Shown here piece after piece: positions 18,556 to 27,958 of a DNA stretch of 64,000 nt. The DNA comes from Candidatus Aegiribacteria sp. (GTDB taxonomy: Bacteria > Fermentibacterota > Fermentibacteria > Fermentibacterales > JCC-6): assembly GCA_030594645.1 (NCBI GenBank), contig JAUVEU010000001.1, forward strand, positions 81,405 to 145,404, written 5' to 3'. The translations under genes were made by a program, and so were the position numbers. How positions within the stretch are numbered: position 1 is the first letter of the stretch; each line of letters starts with the position of its first letter. The notes below the pieces were generated by a model. It was not told the DNA's origin. It saw nothing but the letters and a program-made list of their open reading frames with translations, and ran no database searches.

Positions 18556-20175
18556 ATGCGAATACTACAAATTATCGTAAAAACAATTTTAATCATTTTA
18601 CTTATTCCCTGTTTAAGCTGGGCAGCAACCTACTATGTAGATCAGAATCATCCTGAATCCAGTGATACAAATCCAGGTACAGAATCATTACCGTGGCTAA
18701 CGATTCAGAAAGCTGCCAATACGATTATTGCAGGTGACACGGTGTACATCAAAGAAGGAATCTACAATGAGCAGGTTATACCACAGAATTCAGGAAGTTC
18801 CGGAAACCACATTACATATCTTGCTTATCCTGGCGACACCATCACAATTGATGGCACCGGTATACCATTGCCGGATTGGTATGGAGTGTTTGATATCACA
18901 GGCAAAAGCTATATCAAGGTTTCAGGGTTAAGAGTAATTAACTCCACAGATTCTGGAATTCTTGCATGGGAATCAGATCATATCACAATCGAGAATAACT
19001 ATACCTATAATACGGTTTCCTCAGGCATCGGCGTCTGGATTTGCTCCAATATAATTATTGATGGCAATGAGGTTGAGCTTGCCTGTAATGATGGTATGCA
19101 GGAATGTATTACAGTGGCTGTCACCGATACTTTTGAAGTCATGAATAATCATGTTCACCATGGAGGTCCCGGGACTAATGGAGGCGAGGGTATTGATGCA
19201 AAGGATGGAAGTTCAAACGGGATAGTTTATAAAAACTATGTGCACGATATGAATTCGAACAGATTGGGTATTTATGTAGATGCGTGGGACAAACACACCT
19301 ATAATATTGATGTCTATCAGAATACTGTACATAATTGTGCTCATGGTATTACCGTAGCTTCCGAGGCAGGCGGTCTTCTTGAAAACGTCAGAATTTATAA
19401 CAATATCGCTTACGATAATGAGGAAGTTGGAATCTGGATTGCTAACTGGTCGTTGGCACCACAGCAACCAATGAAGGATATTTTTGTGATAAACAACACC
19501 CTTTACAACAATGGGAATGAATGGGGTGGCGGAATAAATGTGATGAATTCGGATGCGGAGTATGTTGTCATAAGAAACAACATTTGTAGCCAAAACCTGT
19601 CATTTCAAATCGTAATAGAAGATGCCCCGCAAAATCTCTTTGTTGACCATAATTTAATCGATGGGTTTCGTGGATATCCGGGAGAGATTTTCGGCAGCGA
19701 CAGTGTAGTAGGAGATCCTTTGTTCGTGAATTCAGCGGAAGCCGACTTTCATCTGCAGATAAATTCACCTGCCATAGATAGAGGTTCATCTGTTGATGCA
19801 CCGAACTTCGATTTTGATGGAAATACACGACCTCAAGGTGCTGGATATGATATTGGCGCTTATGAATATCTATTGACCGGTGTTGATGAACAATCCAATG
19901 GAACACAATTGATGTTCAGGCTATATCCAAATAATCCAAATCCGTTCAATTCCGCAACTAGAATATCGTACTACATTCCAAGCTCATGTTATGTGACATT
20001 AACCATCTACGATCTTTCAGGCAGGGCAGTTCAAACTTTAGTGAATGAAAGCCAAACTACCGGCAGCCGTTCAGTCGATTTTGATGGCGGTAATCTTTCC
20101 AATGGCGTTTACTTCTACCAGTTGAAAGCAGGCAATGAGTTCGTTGAGACAAGGACTATGATATTGTTACGATAG
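18556..20175 (+). CDS. Secreted right-handed parallel beta-helix (pectin-lyase fold, DUF1565-like) protein with T9SS type A/FlgD-Ig-like C-terminal domain
   Basis: Signal peptide, TYYV..NPGT..PWLTIQKA..AGDTV start, repeated IxxNxxxxN coils, DFHLQ.NSPAID..DIGAYE, and C-terminal PNNPNPFN..IYDLSGR..GVYFY. Confidence 0.85.
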   Translation: MRILQIIVKTILIILLIPCLSWAATYYVDQNHPESSDTNPGTESLPWLTIQKAANTIIAGDTVYIKEGIYNEQVIPQNSGSSGNHITYLAYPGDTITIDGTGIPLPDWYGVFDITGKSYIKVSGLRVINSTDSGILAWESDHITIENNYTYNTVSSGIGVWICSNIIIDGNEVELACNDGMQECITVAVTDTFEVMNNHVHHGGPGTNGGEGIDAKDGSSNGIVYKNYVHDMNSNRLGIYVDAWDKHTYNIDVYQNTVHNCAHGITVASEAGGLLENVRIYNNIAYDNEEVGIWIANWSLAPQQPMKDIFVINNTLYNNGNEWGGGINVMNSDAEYVVIRNNICSQNLSFQIVIEDAPQNLFVDHNLIDGFRGYPGEIFGSDSVVGDPLFVNSAEADFHLQINSPAIDRGSSVDAPNFDFDGNTRPQGAGYDIGAYEYLLTGVDEQSNGTQLMFRLYPNNPNPFNSATRISYYIPSSCYVTLTIYDLSGRAVQTLVNESQTTGSRSVDFDGGNLSNGVYFYQLKAGNEFVETRTMILLR

Positions 20176-20241
20176 AAAATGGCTCCGCATAACAATGCAA
20201 ATCAACCTGACAGCAAAGAATTAGGGATGTGGGTTTCACCA

Positions 20242-20664
20242 CTACTTGCCAGGATTCTTCATTCTCCCGAAGATCAGTATCGAAATCCCCGTTCCTGCAG
20301 TAAGCCCTGTTAGAGTACGAAGTATGTTGCTGCTTTCATACGCTGTTTCGCTCTGAACGACACCATCTATGATCAGAGGAATGAGAAACAGTACTCCGAT
20401 CCAGAACGGGATTCGAATGGTATTGGGATACATGAAGGAAATCCCGACAGCAAGGCCGAACCAGAAGGCGGTACACCTTGCGCAGAGTCCGCTCGTTCCC
20501 CATGGCATTTGTATGCATCTTTCAGGTAATCTGTGACAGGTAGCCGACAGAATCGGATCGAAGATCTCTCCGGTTTTTCCCAGGACAGGGAAAGCGACTG
20601 ACAGGAGGAAGAATATTGCGGCGGGGACACCGAGCAGGAGAGCAAGGGTTGTTCTACCCTTCAT
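20242..20664 (-). CDS. DUF2085 family membrane protein
   Basis: CHRLPER, LCARCT, PLIIDG and YESSN.LR..TG motifs. Confidence 0.8.
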   Translation of the reverse strand: MKGRTTLALLLGVPAAIFFLLSVAFPVLGKTGEIFDPILSATCHRLPERCIQMPWGTSGLCARCTAFWFGLAVGISFMYPNTIRIPFWIGVLFLIPLIIDGVVQSETAYESSNILRTLTGLTAGTGISILIFGRMKNPGK

Positions 20665-20693
20665 GATTGTCCTAACTTAAAGATTTTAGTACA

Positions 20694-20755
20694 CGGGGAC
20701 ACGCAGCAGAGCGACATGTTTTTTGGGGACACCCACCATACAGTGGATGTCCCTG
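20694..20755 (-). repeat. 62-bp REP-like palindromic element, copy 2 (inverted relative to copy 1)
   Basis: Reverse complement matches 16201-16262 with 3 mismatches. Confidence 0.85.
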
Positions 20756-20795
20756 TGTTTCAAAATGTTTAAATGTTAGGCCCGGCCCCCAAATG

Positions 20796-22397
20796 TTAAG
20801 GCTCGTCAATCCAGATGATCCTGGTCTGGTTGTCAGGGATGATCTCACCAAGCAGAGAAATGTATCCCGTGACAGCGTCCATCAGAGTCACGCCGACAGG
20901 TACTGATTCATGCTCCAGCATGATATCGTAACCGATATTACCAATAGCAAGGTAACCGGTGGTAACGAACCTGTAAATCATTTCAGGATCGAATGGTTCG
21001 CCGCCTATCAGCATATCTCCTATCTTCTCTCCATCTGGCATCGCCTGATTTCTGATTGCTGTAAGACCGCCGATCTCCATATCACGACGACGTCCCTGCA
21101 TTCCCGTTTCAAGGATTTCCTTGAGTTCCGCTCCGCTCAGTTCGAAAACGAAGAGATCCTCCTCAAATGGAATCGCCTGATATACAATTCTGGGCGTGAT
21201 CAGCCCTCTGGGTATTGCGGCTCTGATACCACCCCGGTTCATCAGAGCAACATCCGTATCAGTGCTCCAGAGCATTGCGTCAGCTACAAGCCTGCCCATA
21301 GGATGCTCGGCATTTCCCCTTGGTATCTGCTCGTTGGCCTCACCGATTATTTCATCCATACCGGCTTCAGCAATGATTCTGAAATTCTCTATCAAATCCG
21401 CGATTTCCTGATCAGGCCAGAATTCATCATGGAGAAGGCTTATATATTCCTCTCCTTCAGGAAGATCGTAGCCAATGAGTGTACCTGATTCGGTATCGAT
21501 AGCCAGCCTGATTCTTCCAATACCTGTTCCATTGGCGTATCCCTGAACCACAATTGTATGGTTTACCGGGCTTACCCATGGTTCTGCAAAACCCAGATGA
21601 ATATGTCCTGAGACGATAAGGTCTATTCCTGAAACCAGACAAGTCAGTTCTACATGGTTCATGCAGAAGTCCTTGGTGTATTCCTCGCCGGCGTTCCATG
21701 CGTCGTACACCCTCTCCAGATACTTGTCAGTGTCTCTGGGCTGACCCAGATGCGAAACGAGAATAATCAGATCGGCTCCCTGCTCCTCTACTTCCCGTAT
21801 GTACCGCTCAGTAGTTTCCACTTCATTGAGAAAGATGTAACTCCCGAGAAGTTCAGGCGTAACCAGTCCATATGTATCAGTCGTATTAAGTCCTATGAAA
21901 GCGATTTTCACACCTTCATAATCCAGAATTTCATATGGCAGAACAGGAGCGGGTATTTCCCCTGTGGTAGAATCCACGAAGTTGGCGCAGATCACAGGGA
22001 AATCAGCCTGTTCGGAAAGATCTATGGCATTATCTGCTCCGTCATCAAAATCATGGTTGCCGAGGGTTATCATGTCATACCCGATTGCATTCATCCATTC
22101 GATGATAAGCTTTCCACTTTCATAATTTCCGGTAGGTGTTCCCTGGTAGATATCACCAGCATCGATCAGCAGGCAGTACTCCCCGTTTTCCAGGCACTCT
22201 TCACGGACTCCATCAACATAAGCGCTTATATATGCGCCTCCGCCTATCATTGGCGGAAAATCAGGATTGAGAAACGAGGCTTCTCTTGGAACGATTCCTC
22301 CGTGTATATCATTGGTATGCAATATATTGAGATATATTGTACCGGCACTTACAGGAAGAATGATTCCCAGTAGCAGTATTGGCAGCAGTCTTTTCAC
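20796..22397 (-). CDS. Exported bifunctional metallophosphoesterase / 5'-nucleotidase (UshA-like)
   Basis: Signal peptide, HTNDIHG, DAGDIYQG, LGNHDFD, SHLG, GHIH, and C-terminal NRGGIR..PF domain. GTG start at 22397. Confidence 0.9.
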   Translation of the reverse strand: MKRLLPILLLGIILPVSAGTIYLNILHTNDIHGGIVPREASFLNPDFPPMIGGGAYISAYVDGVREECLENGEYCLLIDAGDIYQGTPTGNYESGKLIIEWMNAIGYDMITLGNHDFDDGADNAIDLSEQADFPVICANFVDSTTGEIPAPVLPYEILDYEGVKIAFIGLNTTDTYGLVTPELLGSYIFLNEVETTERYIREVEEQGADLIILVSHLGQPRDTDKYLERVYDAWNAGEEYTKDFCMNHVELTCLVSGIDLIVSGHIHLGFAEPWVSPVNHTIVVQGYANGTGIGRIRLAIDTESGTLIGYDLPEGEEYISLLHDEFWPDQEIADLIENFRIIAEAGMDEIIGEANEQIPRGNAEHPMGRLVADAMLWSTDTDVALMNRGGIRAAIPRGLITPRIVYQAIPFEEDLFVFELSGAELKEILETGMQGRRRDMEIGGLTAIRNQAMPDGEKIGDMLIGGEPFDPEMIYRFVTTGYLAIGNIGYDIMLEHESVPVGVTLMDAVTGYISLLGEIIPDNQTRIIWIDEP

Positions 22398-22410
22398 AAT
22401 CTGCTCCCGC

Positions 22411-23643
22411 CTAGATATCAAACACACGGCTGATGGAGAACATGAGCCTTGTGTCTGTTTCCTCTATTGTCAGGCTGTCACCGGAGGTAAAGGAAGGTAA
22501 ACCGGTTATCTCTGTCTGTTTCCACCGGTCAGGCGAGAAACTGGCTCCCATGTCCAGGTTCCAATCACCTATGTGAAAGCCCATCCCTGCAGTAAAGCTC
22601 ATTCTATCCAGTGAGCTGCTCAAGGGAGAGCGGTCGTAGCCAAATCCAAACCTGGCAACAGGTCCGCCTGGAAGCGTGTTCTCAACACCGGCGTGTACTC
22701 CCCAGGAGTTGAAAAGACCGAGATTCTCGTCCTCATACTCCATTGAGCCGTCAGGACTCCAGTAGAATTCACCAGTAAATCTGGACTTCAGACTGTTTCC
22801 GGGAATGTAAATGGAACCAAACCTTACTGTCATGGGAATGTCCAGATCATAATCGGTATCTGAGAAAGTGTTCCAGGATACAGGATCACCTGTTTCTTCC
22901 GGAGAGAAAGAAAGCGGCATCGGATATTCAACCGCTGCGCTTATGAAAACTCTCCTGTCCGGTATGAATAGGATGGAACCCCTGGTCACAATACCTGAAA
23001 CGGTTTCCTCACGTTGGGAGAGGATTCCTTCCTGCGTGGGATCAACATGCATTACTTCCCATGTTACATCTCTTGACCCCGTGATGTATCCTCCTGCAAA
23101 CCCGAAAGCAAGAACCTCGGACGGTGAAAAAGCAACTGCCAGATCAAACTCGTTCCTGATGCCGGATATCTCGAGATTTTCCTCGCCTGTTTTAACATAG
23201 GAATCGTCCCGCACAGTTCTTCCATAACTGTAAGTGAAAGTGCCTGGAACCCTCCATCCGGCGGCAAACGATAAAGCCTCTGGAAGTCCCGCAATGTTCC
23301 GGAAAGCAACTGCGGCACCTCCTGGAACGAAAACAAGGTTCTTGTTGAAAGCATATTCGGATTCACCGATTGAACTGCCGAAAATGTCATAGATCCTTCT
23401 CGTTCTTTTCTCAACAGCGTAGTCCAGACCCGCCGCGATCTCCACCTGAAGACCTTCTTCGGCAATTGCCAGAAGCGCAGGGTTTTCAAGAACCCCGAGA
23501 GCGGATACATCAAGAAAACCGCAGTTCCCCATGCCAAGAGCACTGGCTGAACCGGGCGTTCCTGTTTCACCAAGCCACATAACTTCTGGGAGCCCTGCGG
23601 TAATCGCCATTAATGAAATTATTCCTGCTGCAATGATATTCAT
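22411..23643 (-). CDS. Outer-membrane beta-barrel protein (FadL/PorV-like superfamily)
   Basis: Signal peptide, ALGMG..NPA N-terminal motif, alternating amphipathic strands, terminal ISRVF. Confidence 0.65.
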   Translation of the reverse strand: MNIIAAGIISLMAITAGLPEVMWLGETGTPGSASALGMGNCGFLDVSALGVLENPALLAIAEEGLQVEIAAGLDYAVEKRTRRIYDIFGSSIGESEYAFNKNLVFVPGGAAVAFRNIAGLPEALSFAAGWRVPGTFTYSYGRTVRDDSYVKTGEENLEISGIRNEFDLAVAFSPSEVLAFGFAGGYITGSRDVTWEVMHVDPTQEGILSQREETVSGIVTRGSILFIPDRRVFISAAVEYPMPLSFSPEETGDPVSWNTFSDTDYDLDIPMTVRFGSIYIPGNSLKSRFTGEFYWSPDGSMEYEDENLGLFNSWGVHAGVENTLPGGPVARFGFGYDRSPLSSSLDRMSFTAGMGFHIGDWNLDMGASFSPDRWKQTEITGLPSFTSGDSLTIEETDTRLMFSISRVFDI

Positions 23644-23655
23644 ATTTCCTCCACC

Positions 23656-26088
23656 CTACCAGCGGAAATCAAGCTGACATCGGATGCCATAATCTGTTAC
23701 ATGATCGTTGAAATCCCTCACCGGACTGTTCGGATCACCCTCGTAATAAAAGCTGTCATCGGGATCAGGCCTGTAAAGACCGGTGCGGGGATAGAAAGTG
23801 TCCTTTCTGAGTACCCTGAGCCTGAGCTGCAGGTTATCAGACAAAATATTCTTGATGGTTACATAGAATTTGGTTCCATCTCCATCAAGGAAATCTATTC
23901 CAGTATCCTCGAACTCCCACTGACTCATACCGTCCGTGGACCATAGAGTCGTTCCACCAAGAACAGACAGATTCTCACTGAAGTTGTGTTCCCATCTCGC
24001 GGAGATGTAGCCACCGGACAGAAGCCGGTCATCACCATATCTTGGATTTGGAGTAAGTTCAACCATTCCGTACCGGAGCCTGACGTCAAAGTAGTCATGT
24101 CCGGTGGGAAGGAAAAAGGTTCTGAAGGTGAATTCCTGCGTACGCGATGTGGTTGGAATCACGTCATGCATTTTGGTTTTCTCCTGGTATTTGCATTTCA
24201 ATCTGAACCTGACAGGAAAAACAGGGCGATACTCGATCTCCCCCTGAAATCTGTAATTATCAAATCCCCATGGCAGAGAACGCCATATATCAAGATACAC
24301 TTTCGGGAATGTTATCTGCCTGCTCAACTGGAAACGGCTTTCAATGTAGACACCCTCTTCGGGCTTTGGTGTCGGCCATTCCGCAAGCTGCGAAGTAAGC
24401 GGGTCGTTGAGGTAATATGGTTTCTCAAAAACGGTATCATCGTATCTGAGCTGTTCCGCAAATCCACGGTTGTATGGATTAGTAAAGCCGATATCGTAGT
24501 GTCTCCAAATACCGAGCAGATAGAAATAGTCATTCTGCCACCTGGCCCTTGCGAGCGTGGCAATCGACTCGTTATCCTGCCGGACGAATTCTCCCTCAAG
24601 GCTGAAATTATCCAGAATTGTCTGAGCTGAGAAAGCAAGATAAGAGGATGAATTCCCTGCTGCAAGAACATCGTATTCCGGACATTCCCATGGTTGCGCA
24701 TCACCTGGAATATCCATGGTTCCTGAATCCGGAATGAGAGAATCACTGTAGGAAATATTCATGCCGCCTATACCGATCGCGGTCCCGCAGGGAAGGATTC
24801 CTCCAAGGTCAAAGAAACCGTACCCTCCATAAGTTGTTTCCTTTATCACATCAGCATATGGAGAAGTACGTGCAGAAGACATTATCAGAATATTCGGTGT
24901 TCCATCAATGTCTCTTACAGCGTCTCTTGATGCCGATGAATAGAATCCGTATCCAAGGAAAGGTCCCTCATGCATTTCCACGGCTCCACCGATCAAGGCG
25001 AACTGACGTGTTGAGGTAAGATCCGGATATAGTCCCCATGTACCGTAAGTGGAGCGGTACCAGAGCTCATCTGAATTATTCACCATCAGTCCCTGACCAA
25101 GTGATAGATTGTAATTTCCAAGTACGACCTGGTTCACAATACCGATGTTCTCCATCGATACAAAAACTTTGGCGACATCAAACCTTTGATTAAGGTCACC
25201 GAGATCCATATCCGATATCAGATCGAATCCAGCTGTGGAATTTCTTCCCCTGGAGAACCTTGTTCCACCCCGGAACCTGTCTCCAAATCCGACACGTACC
25301 CTGTGCTCCCAGCCGGTAACGTTCTGTGCTCCGAGAAGCTCTTCGTACTCGCTGTCGATTCTTTCAGCCCAGGCCACGCTGTCAGAGTCGGTATATCCTC
25401 TTTCACCGGTTTCTATGTCGTACTTCGCGGATCGAAGGCTGTTGAGCATTTCATATAATCCATCCTCATCAGATGATCTCCCGTCACCGCCATCGACAAC
25501 AACCCTGTAACCGCCGAAGAAATCCATAGAACTCAGGTCAAGTTCGCGGGTTGAAACGTAATCCCGCATATTCCTGTAGCCATAGTAACTCAGGTAATCC
25601 GCGTTTCGGAGTGAGGTAACGCTCGAAACAGGGCCAAGAGTGTTCAGTCTTCGCTCGACAGCCACCGCATCAATCAGACTTACTCTGTCCAGACTTCGGA
25701 GCTGCCACGAAGTTGCTGAATTAATCGGCAGAGGATGCAGAAGGTAATGCTCCCAGAGGTCTACAGCAGCGTCACCAGGGCCGTCCTCTGTAGCAAGTCT
25801 TTCCATTATTTCCAGTATATCGCTGGAAATTCTCCCTTCAGAAGGAGGGACAACCACGCAGTTACCGCGAAGCCACTGCAGTTCCACAGTCGTAAAACCA
25901 GGAATTTCCATAATATCGTAAATATTGAGAAGACCCCCTGTTTCATAAATGAAATCATAGAGGTCAGAGGCCTGTTGAGAATTCAATCCCTCAAGCGCCT
26001 GCAATTCCTGAAGAGATGCGGTATTCAGATCAAATCCGTTCGGGACAGACAAGCCAATAGCAACCGCCAGTATTAAACTAGAAACCAT
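23656..26088 (-). CDS. Helix-hairpin-helix (ComEA-like) domain outer-membrane protein
   Basis: Signal peptide, DLNTASLQELQALEGL and PINSATSWQLRSL HhH blocks, LGNY..LGQGL motif, beta-strand-rich C-terminal half ending QLDFRW. Confidence 0.78.
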   Translation of the reverse strand: MVSSLILAVAIGLSVPNGFDLNTASLQELQALEGLNSQQASDLYDFIYETGGLLNIYDIMEIPGFTTVELQWLRGNCVVVPPSEGRISSDILEIMERLATEDGPGDAAVDLWEHYLLHPLPINSATSWQLRSLDRVSLIDAVAVERRLNTLGPVSSVTSLRNADYLSYYGYRNMRDYVSTRELDLSSMDFFGGYRVVVDGGDGRSSDEDGLYEMLNSLRSAKYDIETGERGYTDSDSVAWAERIDSEYEELLGAQNVTGWEHRVRVGFGDRFRGGTRFSRGRNSTAGFDLISDMDLGDLNQRFDVAKVFVSMENIGIVNQVVLGNYNLSLGQGLMVNNSDELWYRSTYGTWGLYPDLTSTRQFALIGGAVEMHEGPFLGYGFYSSASRDAVRDIDGTPNILIMSSARTSPYADVIKETTYGGYGFFDLGGILPCGTAIGIGGMNISYSDSLIPDSGTMDIPGDAQPWECPEYDVLAAGNSSSYLAFSAQTILDNFSLEGEFVRQDNESIATLARARWQNDYFYLLGIWRHYDIGFTNPYNRGFAEQLRYDDTVFEKPYYLNDPLTSQLAEWPTPKPEEGVYIESRFQLSRQITFPKVYLDIWRSLPWGFDNYRFQGEIEYRPVFPVRFRLKCKYQEKTKMHDVIPTTSRTQEFTFRTFFLPTGHDYFDVRLRYGMVELTPNPRYGDDRLLSGGYISARWEHNFSENLSVLGGTTLWSTDGMSQWEFEDTGIDFLDGDGTKFYVTIKNILSDNLQLRLRVLRKDTFYPRTGLYRPDPDDSFYYEGDPNSPVRDFNDHVTDYGIRCQLDFRW

Positions 26089-26899
26089 AAGTCACCCCGG
26101 CCTGGTGAGTCAGGTCGAGCTGAGGATGCGTTATTACAGCGTATTCCACTGTAATACCTCTGATTGTTGTATTCAACCCTCCGGATATTGAGACCGGATT
26201 ACTCTGAACCCCTGCCAGGATGTTCACAGAGCCAAGGGGAAGAGCCTGGCCTACATGTATGCGTAAACCATTGAAATCCCTGGAGAAAGTCAATGCCGAA
26301 ATCATTCCGGTGACCGGTTCGTACCTGAGACCTGCGTCTATTCTTCTTCGGAGATATTCTCCACTTTCACCCAGTCTTGCCTGGAAAGGGTTCCTGATGG
26401 AGGCAGCGAGCATCCACCTTCTGTACATTCTAACCTGAAATCCCGCATTGACCGCGAAAGTGCTCGCGCTTCCGTACTCGGAAACACCATCAGAAATAAC
26501 AGCTCTGCAGAAAACAGGCTGGAGACCGAAAGACATATCTTTGGTAAGCATTCCGGCAAAGGTTATCGCCGCCATCTGTTCATTGTAGAGATCACCGCCG
26601 AAATAGCGAATGCTTGCTCCGCAGACCCAGGATTCACTTATCGGAAAGGCTCCATCGATTCCGTATGTTCCGAAATCCATATTCGTAAAAGGGAGCCTGC
26701 CTGATATGGTTACAGATGAAGATGTGCTTCCCGCTATGGATGCGGGGTTGAAAAGAAGCGCTCCGGTTCCATACAGCACAACTCCCGTTCCGCCCATGCC
26801 CTGCGATGTGATCCCTATTTCCATTTCCTCAAATGCCGCCCACGACTGCCCTGCAATGATCAGAAGGGCAAACAGAACCGTAGTCGTTCTCAAATACAT
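26078..26899 (-). CDS. PorV/PorQ-like outer-membrane beta-barrel protein
   Basis: Signal peptide, GMGG..FNPA N-terminus, about 270 aa, C-terminal HPQLDLTHQAGVTYGF. Stop overlaps the HhH gene start. Confidence 0.7.
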   Translation of the reverse strand: MYLRTTTVLFALLIIAGQSWAAFEEMEIGITSQGMGGTGVVLYGTGALLFNPASIAGSTSSSVTISGRLPFTNMDFGTYGIDGAFPISESWVCGASIRYFGGDLYNEQMAAITFAGMLTKDMSFGLQPVFCRAVISDGVSEYGSASTFAVNAGFQVRMYRRWMLAASIRNPFQARLGESGEYLRRRIDAGLRYEPVTGMISALTFSRDFNGLRIHVGQALPLGSVNILAGVQSNPVSISGGLNTTIRGITVEYAVITHPQLDLTHQAGVTYGF

Positions 26900-26909
26900 T
26901 ATTGCCACC

Positions 26910-27929
26910 TCAATTCAGGGGAGTTGCTACGACGAGAGTTTCAGTCGTTGAAAAGTGCTTTCCATCAGAGTCCACGCCTTCAAGGAGAAGCACATAAGGT
27001 CCGAGTGGAAGAATTTTGTTGTAATCGTCTTTTCCATCCCACTGAACAACGTCACCGGCTGGACGGGATTCCGCGAGATGAGTCACGGCTCTTCCCGATC
27101 TGTCAAAAACAGTAAGAGTAAAACGCATTCCGGCAGGACCGCCGTATTCAAGATTAACGGTTTCGCCAAGTACCGGAGCGAATGGATTACCGGTAAGAAC
27201 TGTAAGGTGAAAACCATCATAAATCGATGGCTGGTATACTTCCAGATCAGTCTGATATCTTGGAAGTAACTGGTATCCGCTATTATAAGGAGGTTCTGAA
27301 TCGTATTGCCCGCCGATGCCAAGCATGAACAGACGGGTACCGGCAGCGATATTGGAAACACTGATTCCAGTAGACTCGTTTACACGAACTGCAACTGAAG
27401 TCTGTCCGTTCCAGACGTTGAAATTGTATCCGCCCCCCGCAGACTCAGGATCATTGGCTACTGTAACCCATTGGGATAGCGAACTGTTTCCCAGAGCGAG
27501 AAGCTGACCTTCGATGCTTTCTGAAACTCCCTGATTCAAAGCCAGCTGAAGCGGCTGAGGCTCACCGGGATGATCGATGTAAACAAAATCCGAAGGTGAA
27601 TCGGGGGATATCTCGGTAAGACCGTTGTACTGCATGATCTCTCCGGTTATCCTCCATTCGTCCCCGGCTTCGATGACTCCCGGACTCGCTGAGCTGTAAG
27701 CGTATACATTTATTCCAGCTGTTTCATCCTGAACATAGAAACTCAGCCCTGTTTCGGAGAACAGCGTTCCCTCACATGTCGCGACCCCTTCTATGGTGAG
27801 GATTTCTCCAAGGTGATCTGGAATTCCATCACCGTTGAGGTCTTCTCTGGCTTCAGCAATCGAAACCGTCTGAGCACCGGCTAATCCTGCAAACAGGATT
27901 AACATCAGAACCGGGAAACTTCTTATCAT
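26910..27929 (-). CDS. Secreted OB-fold protein with FlgD-Ig/T9SS-like C-terminal domain
   Basis: Signal peptide; FYVQD..GINVY..GDEWRITG..YNGLTEI and GQYD..YQLLPR OB-type motifs; C-terminal NPFAP..VFDRSGR..WDGKDD..GPY. Confidence 0.65.
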   Translation of the reverse strand: MIRSFPVLMLILFAGLAGAQTVSIAEAREDLNGDGIPDHLGEILTIEGVATCEGTLFSETGLSFYVQDETAGINVYAYSSASPGVIEAGDEWRITGEIMQYNGLTEISPDSPSDFVYIDHPGEPQPLQLALNQGVSESIEGQLLALGNSSLSQWVTVANDPESAGGGYNFNVWNGQTSVAVRVNESTGISVSNIAAGTRLFMLGIGGQYDSEPPYNSGYQLLPRYQTDLEVYQPSIYDGFHLTVLTGNPFAPVLGETVNLEYGGPAGMRFTLTVFDRSGRAVTHLAESRPAGDVVQWDGKDDYNKILPLGPYVLLLEGVDSDGKHFSTTETLVVATPLN

Positions 27930-27958
27930 CGTCTCCCCTTTCACAAGTGAATTAACTG

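Noticed and set aside
16201..20755. Calling the bracketed segment a composite transposon or proven invertible switch
   Set aside because: No transposase or recombinase inside, no target-site duplication seen, and DUF2085 inside keeps the backbone orientation. Kept only as a hypothesis.
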